Shown piece after piece: positions 12,026-26,229 of a stretch of DNA of 64,000 nucleotides; the first letter of the stretch is position 1, and the number at the start of each line of letters is the position of its first letter. The notes under the pieces were generated by a model. The model was not told the origin of the DNA and did not search any database. It saw only the letters and a list, made by a program, of their open reading frames with translations. The translations under genes were made by a program, and so were the position numbers. Location of the stretch: contig OZ024743.1 of the NCBI GenBank assembly GCA_964016885.1, forward strand, positions 150,040,001 through 150,104,000. The letters run 5' to 3'. This stretch comes from Eledone cirrhosa. Lineage: Eukaryota.

Positions 12026-12240
12026 TGGACAAATCTTTAGACCATTAGATAGAATGCCATGTCTTATTTGTTCCATGACTTTACATTTTGAATTGAAATC
12101 CCATCAAGCAAGGTCAAATGTGCCTATTATCCTTCTTGGCTTGATAAAATAAAATACCAGTCAAGTACATTGGTGTATATATGTATATACATGTATATGT
12201 ACATGTCATATATATATGTATATCTTTATATATATATATA

Positions 12241-12428
12241 TAATAGGTGTAAATCAAAGTTTTAGCTGCCGTACAGCAAGTGCTATTCGATTTGTTTGAG
12301 GCAATCACAAAGCAGTCAATGGATCTAAAGTTAAAACATTAGGCCCATAGTGAACACAAGAGTAATTAAGTGTGACACCAAGACAACCAATGGAAGTCAT
12401 TAGCAATACATATAACACAACTACGATA
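12241..12428. repeat. Unclassified ~190-bp repeat abutting (TA)n, copy 1
   Basis: Shares TAATAGGT(G/A)TAAATC, TTGTTTGAGGCA, AGTGAACACAA, AAGTGTGACA with 13058-13250. Confidence 0.75.
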
Positions 12429-13023
12429 TATATATTTATATATATATTTATATATATATGATAACAGCAATTAAAACTGAAATTTTACATTGTTCTTACT
12501 CCAAATTTTGTGTTAAATCTTTTCAATATGACTAAAGGATTTATTTTTTGAGAATAAAACCCTTAGTTGTATCAAAGTGTGGTAATTCAGAACTGAAACT
12601 AATTAAAACTCTCATTATGATGTGTTTAATGTTTGAGGCAATGCAACACTGTATGGGATTTGTGCTTCCTTCTGTTTATATTAATTGTTTTGGTTTTGAA
12701 TTCTGTTCCATCATGGCTGTCTAATGAACTATGTAATTTTTCCTGTAAGGAAACTGCATGTAGTTGTCAATGTTGGTTTCAGTTGACCAAATTAAATAAT
12801 TACTCTATTTTATGATACTGAGTACTATTTCTTTTGTTTGTTACTACTATTACCATATGTGTGTCTGTGAAAATAATAGATACACACACATACTGAATTT
12901 TTATATTACAATCCTCTTTAACTAAGAGTGACCCATGACTATATATATATATATATTTTTTTTTTTTGCACTCAGCTTTTGTGCAGATATATAAAATCAA
13001 GTTAAAAGCAATAAAAAGGTTTT

Positions 13024-13057
<34 letters not shown>

Positions 13058-13062
<5 letters not shown>

Positions 13063-13250
13063 GGTATAAATCGATGTTGTAGCCGGAATATAGCAGATAC
13101 CAATCAAATTGTTTGAGGCAGTCATAAAGTACTCAATGGTGTGAAAAGTTAATATATTTTTATCCAGAGTGAACACAAAGTTAAAAAAGTGTGACATCAA
13201 GAAAAGTGACCAAATGCATATGTTTATACTTATACCACAACAATGATAAA
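13058..13250. repeat. Unclassified ~190-bp repeat abutting (TA)n, copy 2
   Basis: Diverged collinear copy of 12241-12428, also starting immediately after (TA)n. Confidence 0.75.
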
Positions 13251-13910
13251 TATAAACAGGTCAAAGACTGTCTCGAGTAGATGGGTATCGATAGAAATTT
13301 ATGAAAATTTTCGATAGGTTTCTGGGACCTCAGAAGCTGCACCAATTCAGGGTGTGAACAAAGAGATTTTCACAGCCTCAAATAAGAGCTCTCAACTAGT
13401 ATTTATATATATACTGTATGCCTGTGTATATTGTTTATGTGAGTATGTGTCTGAGTATGATATGTTTAAGAATATTGGTGTTCTACATGTATTAATGCTA
13501 ATGTTTCAACACGACTTTTGTGTGTGTGTGTTTAGAAATAGAAAGCCAAAGACGAATTTAAGTATAATGTTAAGATTTAGCTTCCTGTTAACTTATAAAA
13601 TAGAAGTCCTTCAGTGTATATATGGCTCTTAACTACTTAACTCCCTACTTCTGGTTTATGGGCTTTAAATCATTTTTATTAGTTCCTTACACTTCACTTC
13701 TCTCTAGCATTTCCACACTGTCTCCTAACTTCTTTCTGTAGTTATGTTTTGACAATAGTTTTTTCTACTCTGGTTTTATTGACCAAATCAGAAGGCCATG
13801 CAATTATACAATGATAACCTTACTCTTAGACTGAATTAATCCAAATCTGAAGAGCTATTGTAAGATAAATGAAATTCCTTTATTGATAATTCTCTCTTCT
13901 TTCTTTACAG

Positions 13911-13958
13911 ATGTCTACAAATGGAAAAACAGCAATCATCACATGTCAACAGACTATA
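13911..13958 (+). CDS. Candidate 48-bp internal exon of an unidentified host gene
   Basis: Strong acceptor TTCTCTCTTCTTTCTTTACAG, donor GTAAGT; length a multiple of 3 and open in all three frames; phase-1 reading (x)VYKWKNSNHHMSTDY is compatible with the exon at 28361. Confidence 0.55.
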
Positions 13959-16599
13959 GTAAGTATCTTTGCTATTTCATTTGAGTAGGTGGACTGATGG
14001 TATTACTTCTAAGTTACTGAGTAAGCCATAAAAAATGTATGCCTTATGACATCTCCAAGAGACAGAAAGATACATCGCCATTTTAACTGTGAGGAGCAAA
14101 TTAGACTCAAAGCATGTCTGTTGCTGATAATTAGTTGGTGTGCAACCTGACACAGCATTTGGGGACCAATATGGCTGTTGATACTGCTGCTATTCTTGCA
14201 TGTGTTTTTATTCTAGTTAGTACTGGATGGGAGAGATAATGCTCTTAAGATGACAATGTAATTGTCTATGTAATGTTGTGATCTATTGTGTATGTAATGG
14301 TAAGGACTATGATACTTAATGTATTGCCATGTAGCCATGATAGTGAGATAGATAGTGTAGTGTAACAGAGTTTGGAATGTATTTTATAGTGTATATACAC
14401 TGTGGTGTTGAAGTTAAAACAGGCAGTAAATGTGGCATCTCTATCTGCACAAATGTTACTTAGAGAGCCATCATAGTTCATGAAGAGTAATGGGCATGAT
14501 GATATTTGCTGAAAGAAATATTGCAAGATGTAAATTGGATATGTTGATACCAGCTAGTTTAACTTCATTGTCAGGCTAGTATAATAATTCTTACCACTGG
14601 ATCGTTTTTGTTTTTAATATTTGTTGTAACAAGCTGTGTGTGCCATACGAAATATAGACACTACACTTAACCCAGCTATATGCCCTTATTGAAATATGCA
14701 TATACATGAGCACATAGGTTTAATTCCCTCTATAGAGTTTGAAGAAATGAATGTGTTAGTGCATAAAAAGGTCATTGAGCAACAAAAGGAATTATGTATT
14801 CATTTCACTGCAGTTATGATTAAAATATAATCCACACACATTATTTTTAATTCCATCCAAATTAGCAGAAGAATTATTGCAATGATTACTTTCCAGAACA
14901 CACACACTTATACAAACACATTATATACAGAGAAATACACTCTACACCACCCTACCTTTCTCAATATTTTCTGAAGCTCATACATCTATATATATTATGA
15001 TGAAACTATCCCACACCACCACCTTTCATGGTTTCCTACTAATATCTATTATCTGTTTTCAAACACACCTACACAGATATGATGGAGCTAGAAAGTGAAA
15101 AGCTGTAATTTTCAAAGTATTTCAAATTGCTAATTATCCTTTTTGTAATTAGCTACACTTTCATGTTAATGCACATGGTTTCTAAATGCTAGTAGATACT
15201 TCCTCAATTCTCATCGCCATGCTAGGCTTATTTATCATTGACTTCCCGCTGTAGGCAATTTTATTATGATTTGTAATTGTATATGTTCCTTTTTTTTTTC
15301 TTGTATCCTATGGTCCAGTAAAAAATATAATCCTCCTCCTCTTTACCATCACTCTTTCACCGCCATCATCATCATCATCTCAATCCCCACCATTCTCATC
15401 ACCCCACCATCCTCATCACCATTATTATCATATCACCACTATCATCTTCATTGTCATAATCATCATCACCACCATCAGAGTTATTATTATTTCTAAATTT
15501 TTCATTTTCACTGTTTTCAATTCTTTATGCTTGTTGAACAATGAAAACAGAAAGAGAATCTCATAGAGTGCTAGTGTTTGTTGTTGTTTTTAATAAGCAA
15601 TAAGATTATTAATCCACATACATGGCTTTATATTAGTAAGAAATTTTATTGTTTTATTAGTTAGTCAATCATTGACCAGATGTGTCATCAGATACTCCAA
15701 AAATACAATATATATGTATATATACGGATGTTATCTGTATATCTTTTTATGATCTAGCCTGTAACTTTTCTTCCCCAACCTTTTCTTTAGTTCAGATACC
15801 CATTACCATGTTGAAAATATTATTTCTTGTTAAGTAAAACATCAATTTGCAGTTTCAACATTGTTTAATGTAGTTTGATATTTCAACTTTGTTTAGTTTG
15901 GTATGCTGATGCTAAAAGATGTGGTATTTGTAAAATAAACCTCAACTAACTAGAGGCATTTTATATATGTATTTTTATATTGACATTTAAAAAAAATAAT
16001 TTGCACTTTACTTGTGTTGATGACAGGTTAAATAGAGATGCATTTCAAATATGTTATTTTTTACAATTTGATGTTTTATGGTATCAACCTCTCCATAATT
16101 TATAAGGCCCAGTTAACAAATTCAGTCTTTCTCCCACCCACCTCACACAAATTAAAATAATTTATTTAATTTTTTAAAAGGTAAATTTGTGATTATTATA
16201 ATTATTTTCATTTATTGTGTGTAGATTGTAGATCAATTTTGATGTTTTACATCAGGAAATTAATTTGTATTTTGCCATCTCCCCCTCTCTCTCTCTCTCA
16301 CACACAGTATTTCTGAGGTCACAAATTTGGTAAGGTGGCTATAGTCACTTTAATCGATCCAGTAATTATTTCAGTTTGTATTTTATATGAACAATACTAC
16401 AGTTGGTTACAGGTTTCTATTGAGCCAATCACTGATTCATTGCATTTATGTTGGTCAGGATGACAATGGAGTATCTGTAATTCAGTGCAGAACAATTATG
16501 TGAATGAGCTTTATTCATAAAGCATCAGTTCTCTCAATGATGTTTATATCTTTCTTCAGTATACATTAACAAAAAATATTCTCAAACAAATACATACAG

Positions 16600-16755
16600 C
16601 TATGACAGATTTCCATACAGTCTCTGTCTACCACATTTCATTCACATTTATTGATCAGTCTGTGGGTTTAAAAGATACATACCCAAAGTGCCACATATTG
16701 GGATCAAACACTGACCTATTCAGTTGTGAAGCAAATTTCTTAACCATGAAGCTAT
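16600..16755 (-). mobile_element. SINE family D, degraded
   Basis: AAGATACATACCCAAAGTGCC...GGGATCAAAC...GAAGCAAATTTCTTAACCA. Confidence 0.6.
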
Positions 16756-17069
16756 ACATGATATTTTATTTTATCAACCCTGCAAAGCTGAAAGGCAATT
16801 TGGATTCCATTGGGATTTGAACATGGAATGTAAAGATTAACTACAGCAAAGCATTTTGCCAACCCATCACCCTCATTACATTGCATTTATTAAATAACAT
16901 AGTTCAAGGGAGGAGTTTGAAAAGAACGAGTTAGATATAAATTAGCAACCTTAAGGATTGTTTTGTGAATTATCTCCTAAGCATTTTATTGATTCTCTTA
17001 AGATTAAGAGATTGTCATCTCTAGAGATAACATGTATATGTATTTGTATATATCTATACATACATATAT

Positions 17070-17147
<78 letters not shown>

Positions 17148-18494
17148 TATATATATATCACATTGGCATGTGTTTGTAAAGATGAATTAAATGAAATATA
17201 GCTGCTATAGACACAACAGAAAATTAGTTTTCAATTTTTCATTAACAACTAAAATCTTATTACTTTCTATTCCAATATATTATACTCAATATTTTGTTTG
17301 ATTCTGTTGAAATCTTGGCAACCATCTTGAGGTGCACAATTTCTCTGCATATTCACTGACATGCATCAATGCATATTGTCAGAGAGAACAATACACTGTT
17401 CCCTTCTGACATCTAGTACCTTGCACTTTAAATCACTTTATCTTTATCCCTTCTTCATAGCCACCCACACAACTCTACTTTTCTCTATATTTTCCTAGTT
17501 GTTAAATTAATTTTTTGGAAAACAGAATTCCAGGAGATTGCCTCCACCGTAGAGATAACTCTGGTTATAGCCAGTGCCATCAGCTTGAATAATGTTTCTA
17601 TCTGCTGTCTTACTGGATATCATTTCATATATGAATAAACAGTGTTAAGTTCTTTTTTTTATCTTCGTTGGTAATTTATAACTCTAGCACTCATTGCTTA
17701 GCTTATGTCAGTATGAAAAAAATGTTTAAACAATGATGATGATGAAAGTGGCATATAAGTACTTTAGCCCTACTCATCTCTACTCTTTATGTTTGATCCT
17801 TTTGGCAGTTTTCCTTAAAAGATGTGCCAATACTTATGTAAGGCAGATGAAATTTCTTGCATTACTAAAAATGTAAATGCCATGACACCAGATTATCAAG
17901 TTCTATTCTACATGTAATATATTTCATTCTCTTAAATCGGATGACTTTCATCTGCTTCCTAAACACTTTTACTAACATACCGCTTTTCATCTACATTTCA
18001 AACTTGACAAACAAACTGATCATCATTCACTAGCTAGATCCCTTTCCCACCCTAGCTATCCCTTTCATCTACAAACATTTCATGTTTTTTGAGCCTGCAT
18101 AACAGCAATTTTATAATTACTTAGTTTTAAATGGTTTGTTCTTTAATTTGACAGCTTAATTAATTTACTGAAACATCAGAACTTTCATAGCAACATCTTT
18201 CATGGCCCTAGAGAAAACCGGTTTTTCATTGTCAGCACATGAAAATCAAAATGTTTTCTCAACAAATGGTAGGAATCTGTTGATCATGTTGTTTAATTTT
18301 GCAAAACCTTGATCATAATTATATTTTCTTAGTGCATTTTTATAACAATTTGAATTTAATGTTACATTTTTGTCATTATAACACTCAGGTAACAGCATGA
18401 ATTTTTATTATCTCTTTTATCTTTTAGCAGATACAATGAACAAATAATAATGATGATAATAATAATAATTAATAATAATAGTAATAATGATAAT

Positions 18495-21011
18495 GCTTTC
18501 TTTATTAACCATAAGGGTTTACACAAAGTAGACAATTAAGGACAGTACAGGACAATACAGGACGGTACAAATGGGCATTTCTGCATGTAAAAAACAAAAA
18601 AAAAGAGGATGTAATAATAGAACAATGAAAACTTCCCCACTAGGGGGGAGACTTCCAAGGGCCATCGTGGAGAAAGCCCATTAAAAAAAAGCCACGGTGA
18701 CCCTGACCACCAGGGCAAATGTCCTCTCCCAGTTTTCCACCTTCAATTTACAGGCATATACTCAGAGTAGGTCCATTCACTCAGGCCATTCTTGCCTCTC
18801 TCACCCATCTTTCAACAAAAAGCTGGGAAGAGAGCACTTCCCTCCCTACCCTGATTTTCCTTTTCAAATGAAATTGGAAAAAGTTAATCAGGGCATCACC
18901 GAAGAGGTAAGTGCTTGTCTTCAGCCCTTTCAGATGCGTCCACCATACTATCTCTTTCGCGATGGCCACCAGACAGATAAAAACTGCCTGCCCTTCCCGG
19001 CTAAAGGAAGAGTTCTACATGCGACAGCAGGTGTTCGACATAAATCTACAAGTCAGCAATGCTCGGACACTGGACGAGTGCATGCAGGACGGTTTCGTCA
19101 CCCTGCGCGCATCTCGGACATGCCCAGCTGACAGCACCTCCATGCCTGTAGAGTTTATCCCGAACTGGCAAAGCTCCTCGGTAGCACTGCCAGGCCAGGG
19201 ATTTCTGGAAGTTGTCCATAAGCCCCGGCCCGAAAGTTCTTCCAAAGAGATTGGCTAGTTGATTTTCATCAACGCCTAGAGTTTCCCCAAGTACGTCGTC
19301 GCTCTTCCCTCCACTAATCCTCTAAAGAAAGCCAAGGTGGAGTTTCCACCGATCACATTGCCCGATTGGTCGAGGGCTGTGAGCACCTGAAGACATTCCA
19401 GTCTCCAAGCGCTCCCTCTCGGTCTTCGCTGGACCCAGGACTGCAGCTCCGTCAAGGAGATGAGCTAGGGAAAGACGCGTCTAGCAAACGGTGACCACAC
19501 CTGATCACTCTCGAGGAAGAGGTGGAGATTTCGTAGCCTGAGCGTATGTCTGCGCATCATTAGCCACGGCATGCCCAGCCCTCCACGTAGCGGGTGTTGA
19601 CAGCAGATGGACCGCCTGACCATCGGAGTGCGTCCCTTCCACAAAAAGCGAAAGAGCAAGTCAGGCGAGGCTTAGGACAAGGCACGACGGTCAGGCGGTA
19701 GTAGATGACGGACGCGATATACGCGTTAGCCACCTCCGCTCGACCTTTCAGGGATAGCTTCCTCTCCGCACATTTCTGGGTGAGAAAAGCCACCCTGCTG
19801 GTCACCTGGGTCCAGTTTTTGTCCATCTGGAGGTCTGGACCGAACCAGACCCCTAACAATTTAACTGGTCCATCCGTCCAGTGCCCGACGACGCCATTGG
19901 ACGGCATGGACCTGCCTCTCTAGGTGCCGAGCTGCAGGCCCACTGACTTTTCCTGGTTGATCATTGCTCCTGTCACCGCTTCGTATTCTCTTAGTGTAGT
20001 GCCGATCGCCTCAATGTGTTTGGTGTTTGACACCACTATGGTGACATCGTCCGCATATGCTGACACGGATCTTCTGCATCCTAGTTTGTGCGGGACCCCC
20101 TCAACGTCTCCAGTTTGTGCAGTAATGGCTCAACCGTCAATACGTACAAGAGGGATGAGAGGGGACATCCTTGGCGGACCGAGCGCATGATGTTGAACAG
20201 TTCCGAAAGGTGACCGTTCACTCTCACCACAGAGCAGATGTCGCTGTGCATGGCAGCGATCCAGCCTCTGAAGATGGGCCCAAAGCCAGCCGCCCTCAGG
20301 ACTGCCGCCAGATAACGATAGTCGACCCTATCGAAAGCTTTCGACTGATCTAAATTGATCAAGGACCCACCCGTGCCAGGTTCCCTAGCTACCTGTTCCA
20401 CGATGTATCGCATGAGGTGGAGGTTGTCGTGGATGGATCTGTTGAGAATGGCGCATGTCTGCGCCTCTCCCACCAGACCACCAACGACAAGCGCCAACCT
20501 CTTTGCTAGCACCTTGGCCAAAATCTTGAACTCTGTGTTTAGAAGCGTTATGGGCCTGAAATTATCTGTTATTCCCCTTGTTCAGATCTTTTTTCAGCAG
20601 CGCCACCGCTCCTCGGCTCAGAATTCTCCCGTTCTGTTGCCAGTTGCAATAGACGTCCGCCAAGAAGCCTCCAAACAAGTCTGGCATCTGTACGTAATGT
20701 TCATAGGGCAGACCATCCAAACCAGGCGATTTACCCCTTGTGCAGCCAGTCATTGCCTCCCATACTTCAGCTGCTGTTATCGGCTTTTCGCAACACTCTG
20801 CCCCAGTGGCCAAGAGCCGCGGCAGTCCGTCGAGGTAGACACTGAAGTCCATCCCTCGATCCGGCCCGCCACTGCCCCCGAACAGCTGAGCGAAGTGTCA
20901 CTGAAAAGCTTCACACATTTGCCCGGGATCGAGTAGCATGCGCCCGTCGTGGTCCACCAAAGACCGGATCGTGGCTTTGTTGCCACGACGCGCCTCCGCC
21001 ACTCGGGCCCA
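18495..21011 (-). mobile_element. 5'-truncated Tx1/L1-clade non-LTR retrotransposon (frameshifted ORF2: RT plus CCHC zinc knuckle)
   Basis: ORFs with KSPGLDGLP, LDQSKAFDRV, VRQGCPLS; AYADDVT at 20041-20060; CPRCAQGDETVLHALVQCP at ~19064-19120; AATAAA followed by (ATT)n tail at 18443-18494. Confidence 0.92.
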
Positions 21012-21032
21012 TTGAATGATCATAATATTAAT

Positions 21033-21217
21033 AATTGTTTCTACTTTTGGCACAAGGCCAGCAATTATCCCAGTGTATTACTGGTACTTTATTTTATCGA
21101 CCCGTAAGGATGAAAGACAAAATTAACCTCGGTGGGATTTGAACACAGACCATAAAGGGCCGTAACTCTTTGCTGCAAAGCATGCCGTCCGACCCTCTAC
21201 CAATACTGCCAATCCAC
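21033..21217 (-). mobile_element. SINE family B (central domain resembles the Meta-SINE domain, from memory)
   Basis: Reverse complement GTGGATTGGCAGTA...GTTCAAATCCC..GAGGTTAATTTTGTCTTTCATCCTTACGGGTCGATAAAATAAAGTACCAG...(ATT) tail. Confidence 0.88.
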
Positions 21218-21679
21218 TGCTCTTCATAATAATAATGCTATCAATTGTTTCTGTCTTAATGAAGCACAAATACACTTTCTGTGAAATGTAGAGAAGTATA
21301 GTCATATATATTACTAGAATATGTTACTGACACTCAGGAATGAACAGCACAAAGTTGACCATAATAAGAGAAGGAAAATTATAAATTTTAATTAAGGACC
21401 TATTTTGTCATGTAAAAACTGAATTTGGATCGTTAGTTTTTGATGAGCCAACTATGTATATAACTTTCGGATGTCAGTAGAAATGTAAATATATTATAAC
21501 CAGTTAGTATGAACCAAATCATATACATGAGTGGAAATATGCATCAAGGTTACTTTATACAATATATAGGAAAGAAAGAAGAAAGCATGGTTACAGGGAG
21601 GAGTGTTTGAGTTTAAATAATCAGTGATACCAGTACATGAAGGTTATTTAAGATTTAAAAGTAATTGCTTTTCGTTATT

Positions 21680-21869
21680 GTGGATTGGCAGTATCGGTAG
21701 AGGGTCGGACGCTATGATTTGCAGCAAAGAGTTACGACCCTTTAGGTTCTGAGTTCAAATCATGCCGAGGTTAACTTTGCCTTTCATCCTTACAGGGTCA
21801 ATAAAATAAAGTACCAGTAATGCACTGGGGTAATTGCTGGCCTTGTGCCAAAAGTAGAAACAATCATTA
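21680..21869 (+). mobile_element. SINE family B
   Basis: Inverted near-identical partner of 21033-21217. Confidence 0.88.
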
Positions 21870-21934
21870 CATAAGTGTAGGAATATATATGCATATATTA
21901 TATGTATCATACACACACACACACACACATGGCT

Positions 21935-22030
21935 GTAGGCATGGTCGTGTGGTTAAGAAGTTTATTTTGCAACCACATGATTTCATGTTTTATCCCACTG
22001 TGTGGTATCTTGGGCAAGTATTTTCTATAT
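21935..22030 (+). mobile_element. SINE family D head, interrupted by a MITE
   Basis: GTAGGCATGGTCGTGTGGTTAAGAAGTT...TCTTGGGCAAGT. Confidence 0.65.
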
Positions 22031-22031
22031 A

Positions 22032-22132
22032 CAGGGTGACCCCAAAAAAGGTATACACACTTCAACAGTATTCTAATAAATATTGTCTGTACAGGTAATT
22101 AAAGTATGTATAGATTTGGGGGGGACAACCTG
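22032..22132. mobile_element. Tc1/mariner-type MITE
   Basis: TA TSD; TIRs CAGGGTGACCCC...GGGGACAACCTG, extended by GTATACACACTT / AAGTATGTATAG. Confidence 0.75.
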
Positions 22133-23554
22133 TATATGTGTGTGCATGTAAGTATCAATGTATCTTTATAGCAACACTGTTTAAAGCAATCAGTGACGTT
22201 TGTTTATGTCCCACATAAACAAAACTCAGATAATGAACAAAAGTCAACAGTAAATACCATAAAGTATCGGATGGCATCACAAATAGCATCCAGCTATAGA
22301 GAAACTGTCTCAAAATGTTTCATCTAATCCATGCTGACATGAAAAAGAGGACATGAAGATGATGACGTACGTTTCCTTGTTTAAAATAATATACCACAAT
22401 TTAAATATATGCCTTAACTTATAGAGTTATTTAACCCAGTTATAACTAGAAAATGTACCTAAAATGTCATGAAAAGAAAGAAAAATTGCAGTGATGTTAT
22501 CTCCCCATACCTTACATCTCTAGCAAATAACATAGTTTCACTGCAGCCATGAATGGCTTTAAAAGTATACGTTTCCTCTTTCACTGGATGGAATCCTTTA
22601 TAACCAAGAGGAGGAGATTGATTTACTATTATGATCAGAATATTTTCCAGTGTAGATACATACATTTTCTGAATGTTCTAGATGGAAACCAAGAAGAAAG
22701 AATTTGTAATTTAAACTTGAAATGTTTCAGTTAGCAATTAGTGATCGAAAGACTCATCTTAAATACGTACAGTTTAGTTGGAAACAAAGAAAAAAGTGAT
22801 GAGATGTTCAAAAATGTTTTCAGCTCATATCTGTTATTATTAAGGTAATTGTTGGGTAATGTTCTTTGTCTTCTGGTAAATGTATATGCATGTGTGTATG
22901 TGTGCACAACATTTATATGTATAATAATATTCTACCAAATGTTAGCAGTAAATCTTTATACTATCTTCTTGTAAAAGATGAAACAAAAATAGATCTTTAT
23001 ATGCATTCAAAATTCTATAAGTAATAAATTATCTAAGGTATCACATATTTTTCTATAATATTCCCTAGATTTTATCTTACTAGGTATGTATTTAATTTTT
23101 TTTCTTCTTTCTTTATATGATGAGATATGGCGACAAAGTGGAAACTTGTATTAAGATCATGAATAAACAATCTGTTGTTCGAAAATAGAGAAAATAATTG
23201 TTATTATTATAATGATATTAATTGCTAAATCTTATATCTTTGCATAGATATCCTGCAGGCTCTGTGTTAAATGAGTCACTCTACATGTTCAACAAAAACA
23301 ATGCAAAACAGAGAGTTTGATGATTTTAGTTTTATAAAATAGACATATTATTTACAGACATGCATACATAGTCATTCCAACTAATTTAACATTGCCTATG
23401 GATTCTTTGTACATAACTGTTAGTTTCAGCTGGAATAATTTTAGAATATAATTCGGTAGAAAATCTAAGAATATTTTATTTGCAATAAAACCTATACTGG
23501 TTACCTGGCATATAGAAACTGGATATAAGAATCAAATGTAGTGTTCAAGAGAGA

Positions 23555-23995
23555 AAATTGCACTAACATGGACATGTAATCCATTTGGAAGATGATTATT
23601 GGGTGAAGAAGTGCCAGAGGCTTCAAGAAGAAGGGACATGTAGTAGGAGAAGGACAAGAAAAACATGGCTATAGATTGTAAGATTAGCTCTCAGGATATT
23701 GAACATCACAAAGAATATATCAAAGTAAAGAGAAAAGTGGAGGAACACTGTCTTCTCCAGCACAGTGTCCTTCTTTATCCTTTGTCATTTCCTTTATAAT
23801 AGTCAGCATCCTGAGGTCTACCCTCCTTATCTCTGTTTGTCTTCTTCGGCCTACCATATCTTCCTTTGTTTACAACTCATGGTACTCCTTTATCCAACAA
23901 TCATGATCCCTATGCATTACGTGTCCATACCAGTGCAATTTTCTCACTTGCATACTTATCATATACCTCTTATATTCAATTTGTTCACTCATTAA
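23555..23995. mobile_element. Two decayed RTE 3' fragments, tail to tail (+ 23555-23760, - 23762-23995)
   Basis: + strand ...GGACATGTA...GATGATTATTGGGTGAAGAAGTGC; - strand ORF 'RKLHWYGHVMHRDHDCWIKEY'. Confidence 0.7.
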
Positions 23996-24599
23996 ATCTT
24001 TCCCAGATTTAGTTAGGAAAAGTAGGCTATCAGTAGTCAAGAGATTCCATGAGCAGCTAGTCATAAACTCCTGTTATGGCCTGAAAGATTATAATATATA
24101 AGATAACTGAGCTTTGGTAGACACCAACCTACTTTTAAATTCCGTTCTGCTGAACTCATTGCTGACTTATACCTTGTGGACAACACTTTGGTACAGGGCT
24201 TACTGAGATCACTGAAGCCATTTCTGTGCGGAAATCTGTTAAAAACCTTCTCAAGGCCATCAAATGCTAGTGAGAGTAATTTACTTCTAGCTTAGAACTA
24301 TATTAGGGGGAGGGCATTAATTGTGCTATAATTTTTTCATAATCTGGTTCATCAATATAATGCCTGTGTAGTTGCTTCTCTTTAAAGCATTTCCTTTGCA
24401 CTTGTAAAAACTGATGATGAAATTGCTCTGCCAGACAGTGGAGATGACACCTTTCAGTACTACTTGATTGACTATGAGATAGAGAGAGTAAGGCATGATC
24501 TACTCCACCAGATATGTTCAACACCTCAGTGATTATCGCTAATGGTTTAGTTACCTCTCTGCCCCCATGACTTTACTCACACTTTGAATTGCACAGCTA

Positions 24600-25110
24600 C
24601 CAGTTCTAATGGTTGAACCCTCACTTCAGTCTACTTTGGCTAGACCATCTCTCTCCCATACATGCTCTTCATTCAACAATGCCTTGTAGCAGCATTTGCA
24701 TTTCAGTATCGGAGGGGGCAAGTACACTGCTATTATTCCATGCACACTCCTTCCCAACAAGGTCAGGATTCTCTTTGGTAAACTGTTTTTTAGAATATCT
24801 CATGTCTCTGCGTTTCTTACTGTGCATACTTTTTACTTTCTGCCTCTTCCCACATTATGTATATCTGACATCTAGCTTCTCTTCTCATCACACGGTATTC
24901 TTCTTTCTTTCCCCGACTTCCAATCTTTCCAGGCCTCTCTCTTAACTTTTATGGCTATCTACTATATCCACCATCATGTCACCTGGTACCAATCACATAT
25001 TTGTTCTGTTGCTTATGATCCATTTGACAGTTTACTTGGTGCCTTCTACCATGGCTCTAACACTAAAGAAGATGTCATGTCCTTAACGTGACTGAAAAGT
25101 ACTTTATGTT
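24600..25110 (-). mobile_element. Decayed RTE fragment (endonuclease-RT linker region)
   Basis: Reverse complement resembles the 42350-42900 region of the RTE (CAACAGAACAAATATGTGATTGGT; AGATTGGAAGT; GCATGGAATAATAGCAGTG). Confidence 0.45.
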
Positions 25111-25674
25111 GCTACTTTTCAAACACCAACCACAAGTGTTTTTATAGAAAGAGGTCACCTTGTTCTATGGTAAATGTGATTGATAGTGAACATAGGAGTG
25201 TGATGGCCCAGGGAGACAAGTGTATGGTTAAGAGTGTGGTTGGGGAGACAGAATGACATAATATATATGTGTGTGTGTGTCCTTTTCTACAACTGTGATT
25301 CTGCAAATAATTTTCATTGTGTACTATAAGTTACCATGTTAGATATAATACGTAATATATGTAATTTATGAAAAGTTTTTATGGTTATTTAGATATTATA
25401 CATATGTAGATTATTTAATTCCTATTTGATATAGAGAAATATTTTGCATACTTCATAGATAAAGAAAAATAACTTTTCATGCAATTTCACTCTGAAAGCT
25501 ATTCTGTATTCTTTTCTAAGTTACATCTGCCTTTTGATGGTGTGTGTAGCAACATGCAATCTTTTCTCTTTATATCACAATAACCTCTCTCTCTCCTTAT
25601 AATGATAATATCATACACACGTGTGTGTGTGTCTGTGCATATGTACATATATATATATATTTGTGATTTCTGTG

Positions 25675-25737
<63 letters not shown>

Positions 25738-26229
25738 TATGTATGTATGTGTGTTTGTAAATATGATGGCATTCCTATCACACATACACACTCTCTTTCT
25801 CTCTCACACACACATTCACATATTATATTGTCATTATGAACATGGCATATTGTACTGCACAACAGGCAATCTTTGTGCAGTTTTACTAGAATGTTAATTT
25901 TCTTATAGAAACCGTTTCACTCTCTCCTGTTCTGCTCAATTTTTCTTCATTTCTAAAAAAAAGGGGGATGATGTCAGTGATCTCCCATAACCCTTCTCAT
26001 GGTGCAACATAGCCAATTCTGAGAAAGGGAGTGAGAAAGAGAGAGAAGAATCAACCCCAATACTTGACTGTTACTTTATCAACCCAAGAATGATGAAAGG
26101 TGAAGTATATCACACTGGGATATCAATTCTTGTGTAAAGAACTGGAAGAAATGCAAGGCATTTATCTGATGTTCTAATAACTCTGCCAATTTGGTTCATA
26201 TGTGTCTGTTTATAGAAGTACAGTTGTGA

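Noticed and set aside
18697-20936. + strand ORFs of 72-193 aa
   Set aside because: Antisense shadows of the GC-rich Tx1 ORF2
24411-24422. Other CTGANGA hits (24411, 26556, 30423, 44193, 50811, 57136; - strand 2335, 45858)
   Set aside because: No paired stem II followed by GAAA and a compatible stem I
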